A stretch of DNA of 64,000 nucleotides from Phoronis australis (taxonomy: Eukaryota; Animalia; Phoronida), in assembly GCA_002633005.1 (NCBI GenBank), contig NMRA01000039.1, forward strand, positions 117,225 to 181,224, written 5' to 3'. Below, piece by piece: positions 50,601 to 62,300 of this stretch. Made by a program: the position numbers and the translations under genes. Within the stretch, counting starts at the first letter, position 1. The number at the start of each line of letters is the position of its first letter. The notes under the pieces are model-generated. The model worked only from the letters and a program-made list of their open reading frames with translations, ran no database searches and was not told the DNA's origin.

Positions 50601-53347
50601 CTGTGGCGCCTCCTAGTGGCAGTTTTGTTTTTTTGCGCCCATGGCTGTATCTCCCAAACCGTTTGCAGGATCTTTACTAAATTTAGCAAGTGTATTTATG
50701 TGATGTTGACAACGGACGATGACGACTTTAGGATGATTCTGACTACCGGTATGCCTCTAGTGGCAATTTTAGTATTTGCCTCTAGTGGCATTTATAGTAT
50801 TTTACATTGACCTCTGTATTTTCATAGGTCTTCAGGTGTATACTTTGTGTTATTTCGTGACTATGAAGGAAAAGTTCCAAGTAGAAATTTGTTTCTGGCA
50901 TTCTAATGCTGTGCTAATCTCGTATGTTGGTAAATTTGTTTTAATTCTATGTTTCTGTGGTGCTTTAAGCAACTGGTGTATAGGATGTGCTTGTATTATG
51001 AAGATTACTCACATTTTGCCCCTAGCCTATTGAGGAGACAATGACCATGCCTTTCCATTTTGCTAAGTACAACATACTACATATATGCCCTCTACTGGCC
51101 ACTTTATGGTACCACTAAACAACCCTAGAGGGATACCGTATGCGGTGCAATTGTGGGCGCATTTCAACGCTCTGCGTTGCTCTTGTTTATTGAACAGATA
51201 TTTCAGGCGCCCAATGACCGATCTCGAAGACAATATAGGTAAATTATAAACCAACCGGGGGAAAAAGAGTCGCATTTCTCTCCTAACGAGTCCGTGGGAC
51301 CCTGGCCGAGGAATTGATCGGTATTTTGTTTAATAATACGATCGCTGATGCGTCTTTCTTGTGATACTTCGTCCCTTGGCATGTTCATAGGTACATGTAC
51401 TTGGATACGTCATCGTTTGCCCGTTTTGACAATACGGTCAGAGTTTGTTTTTCTACAGCTCCTGAATAGCGACATCTCTTGTATGGAGGAAAAATGGAAA
51501 GTGACATTGTACGACTGAGCAGTCAAAATCAGTGTTCCTAAATACAGATAATAAAGCCATCGATCGAATGTAATTTTTAACGGGGTAATTCATCGGCGCT
51601 CTAGTTTGAAATTTACAATTTCGACCGGACATAATTAGCGTTGCACAGGACTTGAGTTTAAGTTCGTTTTTACTTGCTTTCAAACATTACACGTGGTGAT
51701 ACGCCAGAGAAAATGTCACGAACGTTGTTTCATGAATTTCCGTTCAACATAAAGGCCCAGTCATACAGCCGAACACGCATGAATCACTCATACAACACGC
51801 ACAAATTCAATTTGTGCGTGTTTTGATCGTCGAGAAATTGACCCAATTTTCCGGGTGAAATCACTGACAAATAACTGACGAATCACCTATGGCCCACGCA
51901 CGTATCACTTACAATCACTGATGAATCACTGACATATCGCGCATATCGACGCATAAAAGCCAAAATGATATGGTATTCCACGAACCTTCGACGCATGCCT
52001 CACGCATGAATCACTGACTGATCACGTTCAAACACTAATGATCGCGCGCATTCCACTTACAAGCACTTTCGTTTCACGCATGTCTGACGCATGAAACACT
52101 GATAGATCACGCACCAAAAACGCTCCTTCGGCGTGCTTATAAAACCGGTCTTTGGTTGGGAGTTCCTCAGTACATTTTGCCGATTCAGAAGACATCGTTT
52201 GATCCTGATTAGATTCCTGACTACTTGAAGAAGATGCCACCCAGGAAAAGTCGCTTGCCGTTAAAGACAAGGGTGCAGAAGAAGTTTGCTGATAAAGAAG
52301 TGCATGTGGATCCACCAGAGGCTGCTGCTGATGCTGAAAAACCTGCTACCCGTGCTGCTGCTAGGAGGTCGCTTACCCCTCCACCTCCTAATCATTGGAA
52401 GTTCATGCTGCAGAATCAGACGAGTCTGCCCCTCCTGCTGCTGACCTTGCTGCTGACCTTGCTGCTGATGACAGGTCTGAAGAAGATCCACCACATCCTA
52501 GTGGCAAGGGCAAAGGCAAACCAAAGGGAAAAGCCATAGCTAAACGTGACATTTCCATTGAAGCTAAGGTGGAAGAAAGCCTTCTGGAGTGGATGGCCGA
52601 GCACGACGAGGTATGGAGACGGGGGCATCGCCTGTACAAAACCAGAAAGCAGGTCTGGGCTGCCAAGGCTGATGAGATTGGACTGCCTTTGGAGCACATC
52701 ATGAGCTGGCGGAAGTCCATTAAAGACTTGTACGTGAGGCTCACCAAGAACAAGTCTGGCCAGGCAGCAAAGAAATACACTGACCGAGAGAAGTTCATAT
52801 TGGACAGTCTGCAATTTTACCGGACTCGGCTGCCATTCACCAGGTCTGAATCCATGAAGAACTTGGCCCTGACTTTCAGGCAGCCTACAGCAGTTAGGAA
52901 TAGTGACAGTGAGGCAGACAGTGATCAGCCTGCTTCACAAATAGAAGATAATTTGGATACCGTAGAACGAGAATCAGCCGAGGCAGCCCAGATTTCCCGC
53001 CAGACTTCCAGGACAACTTGCAAGAAGAGGAGGAAGAAAGCAGTGAGTCAAGAAGAAGAGTGGATGAAGGAGCTCCGGGAGACCATGAAAACACAACAAC
53101 AGCTCTTGTCGCAGCTTATTGAAGAAAAGCCGGCTGCTTCAGAACGGGAGGCCTTCATTAAATATGTGGCAGACAGTCTCGTGCAGCAACAGTGGATTAA
53201 TACAAGAAGATGAGGACTCATATCTGCACCCTCCTTGACTCCCAAAAAGATGACGGCGAGCCTCCACGACCTCCACAGGCGATGTCTGCTCCTCCTGTGA
53301 TGTACGAGCAGTACCAGCAGCAGCCAGTCCAGCGGTACCAACAGTAC

Positions 53348-53380
<33 letters not shown>

Positions 53381-56300
53381 ACCGTCCAGCAGTAACAGCA
53401 ACAGAGTCAGGGCCAGAGCCAGATGACGAAGAGTAATGGCTATCTTCAGACAGGGCTCTAGTGGAGCTCTCCAGTTTGTAGTCTTTTTAGTGATCCTAGG
53501 GGTCAGTCTCTGCGCAAGCTCATCAAACATGTCTGGGGGCATTCTCATAAAGTTATGGAAGGATCTTCTGTCTTCATTTCTGAGCTCGATCATCAAACGG
53601 TTATATAAGCCCTGCTCTGGTCTTCTAGTGATCCAGTTTCTGATCCAGACAGCCCGGGTCTTTCGTCTCCTGCGTCGTCTTCTTCTGGCCAACATTTCAT
53701 GAAGTTGCAGCATCTGGACATTCTGGTTTTGTAGCAGGAACACCGTAGCATATCTTCCTTGAGGGTTCATAGTGATATGGATCCCTTGGTAGCAAGATCT
53801 GGAATGGCAAATGTGCCCCCAATTTTGTCTTTTTAATATGTCAAGAACCATGCGTGAGTTGTCATTGAATCACCAGTGGAACATCAGGGATTCATCAGTT
53901 TTCTGTCAGTTAGTCGTGCGCCCATGTAAGTTATTCATGCGTCATGTGTGGGTGGCAATGCGTTGGAAATGCGTCCCCCATCAGTGGATGTGCGTCTTTA
54001 TGCGTTTTTCATCGGTGATATGTCATCTAATTATCATTTTTGTAAGTGATTGTCAGTGGATGTCGGTGGAATGAACGTCATATATGCGTATTTCATGCGT
54101 GATATGAAGGTGGGGCGTCAGTGGACGGACGTGGACTTTCGTGATTTCGAACCAGTTCTGACGCATAAGCACTGATGGCAAACGCGTGTCCAGCGCATAA
54201 TCACGCATACTCGACGCATAAACTACGCACGTCAACTCACGAATTACGCACACCGACGCAGAGTTGTGCGTTGGTAAATTTTTGAATCGTTCAAAACTCA
54301 AAATCGCGCACAAACCCCCCTCGACGTACATCCACTTACATTCACTGATGCTCCACGTTGGTTCCACCGGCCAATTACGCATACGACGCAAGCTTCACGC
54401 ATAAGCGAAAATCTGTGCGTGATTCATGAGGGATTCATGCGTAATCGGCTGTATGGCTGGGCCTTAAGTACACGTAGGCCTGTGCGCTAAAGCAATGTAG
54501 AATGCCATGCGCAGGCTTGGTGTTAGCCAACATCGTTCGAGATGATCTATTCCAATTTCCCGCTTGAGTTTACCGCGGGAGTACTTTACTACTAATAATA
54601 CAAGCTTGTGGAACTAATATCCCTCCAAGCGCGATGTTCATCGCTGCTAATAGAATTTTGAGGCCCTAGAAATATATTTCGCCGGCGTACAGACACATGC
54701 AATTAACATCAAATCTCTTTCTCAGCTCCAACGGTGTTCTTTTACTCCTTACCTCACTGCATGCTGTACCTGAAAAATAAACAGGGACGGAAAGCAATTG
54801 CGTCACACGGACAATGTGGCGGTATCCATTTACTTGCACACTTGTTCAAATCGTCAAAATTCAACAAAAACTAACTTTTTAAGTTCTGAAGCTTAAGCAC
54901 AGCATATATGAATCGGAAAGATTAGCATGATGTCTTGTTTTCTAAAGCAGCACAATTGAGAAATGTTAGCTAATCAAAAAATGGAAAAGATGCTTTACGT
55001 ACATGTATGCAGACACAATGCCTCTAACAGGCCCAAACCAGTTTAAATGTATCGTTTATTTGTTTAAATTTTCATATTATACATTTTTATCTTTGCTTAC
55101 TTTTGGCAACGAATATTTCCTTAGGCCTTGTAACACAGGTAAAATGTTTACTGCTAAAAACTGTCCAAACGCTCGCCCATTCGCACTGTCTTACCCAGGA
55201 AGATTTGGTTAGCTTCAGTTTAAACAAAACCAATGCATGTGGGACAATGAAGTTGTCGAAAGGAGTGTCCAAGGCTCTTTCTGAAGTGTCCAGTATCTTT
55301 TTAGAGATTACGAACTTGGGCGCATTTTTCTTCACATATTCAAACTGCAAGTTGTCCAATGCGGTGAGACTTCATGGTCTTTTCCAGATTATAATGATAG
55401 CGTTCGAAAGCCTTCTAACCAGAAGACAGATCAGACGTCTGATCCGCCCTCTGAAAAAATGTCAGACGTGGGCGCTTGTCAGACACCTGGATTTTCTTCA
55501 TACTGCCGTCCTCAAATATGTCAGCGGGTCTGCTTTCATACGGTAGACTACGTTGTAATTAGTAACTTGCATGTATAAGGGTCGGCTCTGCACACCCATG
55601 GCGGCATCACGTGATGTGTCAGAATATTTGCATTTTACGTACAACATTATTGATTTGATAATTACTCGTAAGATAGGACGACTGTGTGGACGTTGGTTCT
55701 GAGCAGCTTGCTCAGATTCTGATCAAACGTTCTGTTCGTTAAATATAAACGCAATGTAATGACATAGCATGGGGTTTCACAGCTCCTTGTTAACTTATAT
55801 GTTAGTCTCTAGTGGGACTGGCTTAAATGACTAACAGTGTGACGCATCTTGCTTGATTTCAGGGTAGCAGTGGACAAGTTACAGCTACCTTCCGAGTCTC
55901 GATATCTGAGCAGATTGAACAAAAGAAAGACTTTCTCAGCCGCGTTTCCTGCAACATATCCGACAGCGGACCAACAAAGGGATATACGACATATTTCCTC
56001 TTAGACGGGTATGTCTGACTTGCTGTCGCCAATTGTCAGCTGCTTATGTTCAGCTTAATTGGCGCCGGTTAAAGAGGTCGATTTGACCACAGTTCTGTTT
56101 GTTCTGAATTCCCACGAAATTCGCGTTACTGTCTCACTGGCCATATGCCAGCGAATGACAATGTTGCATACGCCACCGATCACTAACAAAATACAGTATC
56201 GGCATACCATTTTAGCGGTAGGCTACCAGGACATCGCGAGACGACATTGCTCTAAAGTACTCCATGAAGTCTGTTGTTGCAGTTAACATCAAACAGTTTC

Positions 56301-59300
56301 TCGAGATGGGAGTCGGTTTTAAAAACCAACCTCTTTAAGTAAAACGTAAAACGTTAAATTTATGTGTTCTGGATAGCCCTGAGATGATCGTTAGCTTACA
56401 GCTTCCGGGGTGTCCTTAATAACATTGAAATGTTGGACGTCCAAATTTTATCTTCCTGGAATTTATCTTTTCTAAACGTTGTTAGTAGCTAACTCCTTGT
56501 TGATGTGGACATGTATCAGCTCCAATATGGTAATTTGTCAGAGACTCCTCTCATACCTGCTCACATGAACATGTAAACATAGGGTCTTGCCAACGACTAC
56601 GGAACACACCCGTCAGATTTTTTTCCACCGATTCGGGATATTTGTTTTTGTGTACTTTATTTAAGAATTGTTCTCTCTTTAGACAGCCTTTCCGCAGGGG
56701 TACGGGCTAGGGTTGGACCTTTTTCGCGGGAGGGGTTGGATGGAATGGAGCGTTTGGGCTTTCGCTGAATAACGGTCCGTATGTTGTCAATCAATCAAAT
56801 GCATCCATGTACGTTGATCATGAGACAGGCGATCATTCTCCTTCTCTCTTTGTTTAAAGTCTGCCCACTAACATACATTGTTATTCACTTCTAGCGCTGG
56901 CTGGGTGCAGTCGTCCATTGCCGTTCGTAACCGTCTGCCAACCGCCAGGTTTGTACCAGAGACCGACTACTGGATGCTGGGCGACCTTGTCCCGCTGTGT
57001 ATTGCTGTTGATTACGATCCCAAGTCGGGTAAGTCTCAGAAACAAATTCTACTCTAGTAAATTTTGTATTGCTAGGTTACGTATAGTAGTTTCAAAAATA
57101 AAGTTGACTAATTTGTTAAAATTCGTCTGGTTTCGTCAAAGTAATTATGGCAATTCTATAGAAATTGATCGATCACACAAAAACAACACTACGTGTACTT
57201 GAAAACTACCTGAAAATGTTTGGAATGTCTTCAACTTTCGACGAGAAGAAAAGTGAACTTCTTTACGCTGCACACGCAAAATGTTCAGGCTTTGGCCTAA
57301 TGAGAATTTGTTTGAAGTTTTCGTCTTTGACGCCAGCTTCTATTTTGACAAACTGCTCAAGGATAGATATGAAAATAGAGTGGAGGGTTTCTCACGAGTT
57401 CGACTGTTGTGGCGCCTGGTGGTGACAATTTTGATGTGTTTGTGCGTCTCTGGCAGTATTTCCTGAACCTCTTTTAACATTTCTGTGAAAAAAATCATAT
57501 GCTAAGTTTACTTTATCTCTGTATCTTTAGAGTTCTTTAGCAGATTTGGCGAAATTTGGTTTGCAGTGAGTAAAACACGACGTGTTCTCGTTTTCGGGTA
57601 AAATGGATGTCTGCTGTTTTAGTTAGTGGTTCTTCTTGTTATTTACGAGTCTTGTATTTGGCGTCCGCCTCAAATTTGAGCCAAACCACTTCAAGGTTCG
57701 TAGTATGAAAACAGGGAGATGTGTTCCTGCTGAGTTCATGGATGCCGTTGGTTTTCGGACAGGTCTGACAATTGCGTGCAATTTTTGGGGTCTGCAGCTG
57801 TATCTCCTGAAACCCCATGCAGGAATTTTGTACAAAATAACATTTTCTAAATTTTGTTTTGAAAGTTTATAAATAACGAATTTAAATAGTTCGTGAAAAG
57901 TACATACGACTTTTAGATGCCTAAAGATTTTGAACAATGTTCCAAGTATTCTTTTTTCCACTTATGCTGAAGGGTGTGGAAAATAATTGGTCCATTTACC
58001 AAACCAGCAGCCAGTAGCTAGAAATTGAAGTACGCCTAGTGTATGGGCAGCGAAAAAGTTCAAAACAGACAACACTGTCGAACGAACAAGGTTAGTTTTC
58101 AAACAGACAGGTCATTTGGTTCAGTTTTGGCAAACAGAAAGATTATTTAGTTAAATTTTGACAAACAGACAGGTTTTTTAGCGAACGAACAATAGTTTTT
58201 TTGGTAGTCTGCACTGAATAATTTTCTTCACAGGATTGTTTTTAATTTGTCATCGACCATTCTTAAAGTAAACTTATGTAATCGTGATGAGTTTGCTTGT
58301 TGAAATCAAGCTGCTGATTAAAAGCAAATAGTGGGAGTGTTTACGACCACATGCGTAAACACATCTCAAAAGCTTGGTTCGGCCACCCCGCAAATTAATT
58401 GTCATTCCATAATTTGAAGTTAAACTGTTATTGTTATGACATGTCTGATCCAGTTTTTTTGCGAATATATATTTTACTGTGCCATCTTCTATTTTGACGA
58501 AATTTGAAATTTGTGAGGTACTGTATTCGGTGTACTGTTGCAAAGTTAGTTTTGCATCTAGACAACATTTTTTGTTTGAAAAACATCGCATTAGGTCACT
58601 TTCTTCAATCATGTTTGTCAAAATACGGTCAGAAATCAAATACTCCGGTAGCCTCGAAAATATTTTGAGTTACATTTATTTGCTATGTACAGCCATTTTT
58701 TCTCTTTGCGTCAGTAATACTCTGCATTTCATACAAATACTGAGAGTAAATGTTATCACTAAATAATTTCATAAGGTTGGTAGAGAACACATAAATTAAA
58801 GGAGCATGCCACCCAAAAAACAACCTAATTTGTATCAGTTTAGATCGAGTAGTTTTACTCCGTAACGACTCGTACGGTTGCGTTACCTGACACCTGACGG
58901 CAGACGGAGGTGTTGAAATTATCCAATGACGTCATCGGTTTCACACGCAGTCTGTTCAGCAGTTCACAACACGGGTTACTGGTGTCAGCTTATCGCTTGA
59001 AGTCATCGTTTAACACCAATAAATCATCAAACTTCGATGTAAAACCCTTAAAAATACACCGAGTTCTTATAAAAACGTGTTGTTTATTTCGCTCTTACGG
59101 ATTTATTGGTATTTGGACACACCGTAGCCTACAAAGTTCGGCAGGCCAATAAGATCCCGTGGCAGGAGTTTGGGGTCTGTACGGAGATAATTTCGAAGTA
59201 TTTTCCGTGAAATGCAGACAGGAGAACCTAGATCTGTGTTGTTTAGACTTTTGATTTTTTGTTCTAAACACAAAACGCTTGTTATCCTGGCCACTGGCTC

Positions 59301-62300
59301 GGAGCTCGATCAGGCTCGTCGCGGCCGGCCGGATTGGACTCGGCGTTCTCCCGGCCAGTGGCTCGGAAACTGAGACATCACGAACATAAACCAACCAAAG
59401 TTCTGTGGAAACTAAACTTCCAGTCAAGAAAATACTATACCAGTGAGCCAAAGTGATGTGCACGTGATTATGTTGGTGAATTAGCCACGAAACTGCAAAT
59501 CTACTTACTCGTCGGGGGCCGCGAATTCAGGTTCCGCTTTGGCCACAGCACCGTCAGGGCAGAAGTTGTACATTGACAATCATTATTTGGGTAATGTAAA
59601 TGTAAATCAAGATTCCCCTAACACCTGGCCGCGGGATGGAAATCTAGTTGTTTCACAACAGTTTCTGCCAGCAAACACTAAATTAGGATAAACTCACACG
59701 GCCTCGGTGTTCCGTCAATTAGTTTTATTTCACCTAAAGCCGGTAACGCGGTGATTTATTCATTGCTGGCTTCTCAAATCATTTGCACTCACGAACACTC
59801 CAAAGGCATTACAAAACGCATCTAATGAGACAGACTTTGTTGCAGTTTTATATAAATATTGGTTAGGGTGAGAATAATTCATTTTGAAACAGAACGCTCA
59901 GTAATAAACGCCAACATGGCAACTCGTAATCCCGACTTAGGACGAGTTAGAGCTCATTAGTCCCGACTTCGCAGGTGGATCGTTAAGTTTTACATGCTAT
60001 CAATTCGAACAGGAATACAGTGATGAAGAAATACTAGAGAGGCGCGGGGAACAAGCTCAGACAACGGAACGTTTGGAGTTATTTGGTAAGCCGGCATTCG
60101 TCAGGCACTGTCCGACGACGTCTGCAAGCCACAGACACGGAGATGTTTCACGGCCTCATACTTGCTATTTACAGCGTATATTTCATTCTTCACTGCCATG
60201 AGCTACTTCCTAAACATTTCGGACTCTCGAGGAAGTATAAAAACGATATACCCGCTTTCCTCGCTGCTGCTTAGTTCGGACAAGCGGGAACGATGCACCG
60301 CAACATAGCGGCATTCACTCTGCATATGAACCTCTGACGTCGCTAGCGTCGTTTCTCACCTTCCTCACACGTTAACGCGACACCTCTTGGCAAGGTTAGG
60401 TCGACCGTATGCGAGGCAATGTGGATATAGACCGATTTAGACGTCAAAAAAGACTAATTAAATCGGGTGGCATTCTCCTTTAATTCTTGACACAACCAAG
60501 CAAAAACGCTGTACCTTGACAGTTTTGGCTACTCACAGCAGCCATCTTCGGAAGCTATTGGACACTAGGTGACGAGGTGATGACACTGTTCCAAATTTTA
60601 GACAATTTATACCCCCCATCGTCTCTGTTCATAACTGAGCCACTTTTTTCACTCAAATAGACTCTCTAATCCATCTAGATCTCAAGTTATTTTCCCACTC
60701 GACAGGACGAGCGTTTTTCCATTTAATTTCGTGGTTAAAAGCAATAGCATAGTGAGCATTTCTCACTTGCTTCGGACCCTCAAAGGATTGTGAGGTTCAC
60801 AAGCATGGCTCCATTCAGTAGGACTGTTAAATAAATTCTCCGCTCTTCATCTGCACTGTATGCGATGAACACAGCGGGTGCATATCAACGCGCTGCGTTG
60901 CTTTAATTTTCCGTTTACCTCCATATCTTGAGCAAATACAAATTTAGATGCACAGGGTACAGGTACAGCTTTGAAACTCGCGTCATTTGAAGGTTGCAAA
61001 AATATGAAGCTTTATTAAAACTTTGAGAGAATTAATGAACAGCTGGTGCAAAAACAACTTCCACTTCCAAACACCAAAGTTCATTTCGTTACACGATGTG
61101 GAATTTTTGGCGGCATAATGTCAATTGACAATATCATTGCCTGAAACAGGATGTGAAACGATCAGTTATGGGCGAGATCACCTAAAGAATTTCGCCTGTC
61201 CTTTTTATGCACCCACATATTGCCGTCATCTCTGTCTGGGCGTCCGGCGTTCGGCGTCCGTTGTCCGACCTTTCACAGGATCTTGGTGAAATTTTGCATA
61301 TGTGTTCCCATCAAGCTGACGATGGACGACTTCAAATTTCGGACTTATTCGGCTACAGGTGTACCCCTAGTGGCAATTTTATTTTTTGCGTTTACCTCTG
61401 TATCCTCAACACGTCCTCAACGGTTGTTCATAAAATTTGGCAGTTATGCACCTATTAATGAGATGTCGCTATCTTCCCGTTTTCGGATGGATTCGAGGTA
61501 TTTTGCACTCCCTAGTGGCCATTTTTTGTTTTCGGGTCTGTTTTTTAGCGTCCGCCCCTTTTCAACCAAACCATTCGAAAAATGGTTGTGAAACTGGCAT
61601 ATATGTTCCTACTGTGAAAAATGAAGACAGCTAACAATGATTTTCCGACTTCAAATACTTTGGAGCCTCCTAGTGGCGGTTTTTTGTGTCTTTGAGCCCA
61701 TGGCTATATCTTCTAAACGCTCTACAGGATGTTTATTAAATTAGGGCAAATGTATTTATATGAGGTTGGCAACGGACAACAACGACTTTCGAACAGATGG
61801 GACTACCGGTGTGCCCCTTGTGGGAATTTTATTTTTTACGTCTACCTCTGTTTCTTCAAAGGTCCTCAATGGATCGTGGAAATTGGCATGTATGTTCCTG
61901 CGGTGAAGAAGACGGCTGTCGATGATTTTCGGACAACCACGACTACTGTGGCGCCTCCTACTGGCAGTTTTGTTTTATTCACGCCCACGGCTGTATCTCC
62001 CAAACTCTCTGCAAGATCTTTATTTAATTTAGCGAGTGTATTTATGTGAAGTTGACAACGGGCGGCGACGACCTTCAGACGAATCCGACAAACGCTGTGC
62101 CTCCAAGTGGCAAATCAAATTTTGCTGTGTTCCTCTTTTTTCCTAATTCAATTTCCTTGAGAGATTTTCATGAAATTTGGTAAGTAGTTTTCTATTGAAA
62201 CGATGCCATATTCCTGTTTTTGGACGATTTGCCTATTTTGTGCCATCTAGTGGCCATTTTTACCGTTTTGTAGTCTGTTTTTGCATCTGTCCCTCTATCA

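Larger units (their letters stand above)
51753..54464. mobile_element. Internally deleted PIF/Harbinger DNA transposon
   Basis: TAA TSDs (51750-51752, 54465-54467); TIR AGGCCCAGTCATACAGCCGA / TCGGCTGTATGGCTGGGCCT; dense subterminal ACGCAT and GAATCAC repeats; convergent MADF and transposase genes. Confidence 0.92.
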
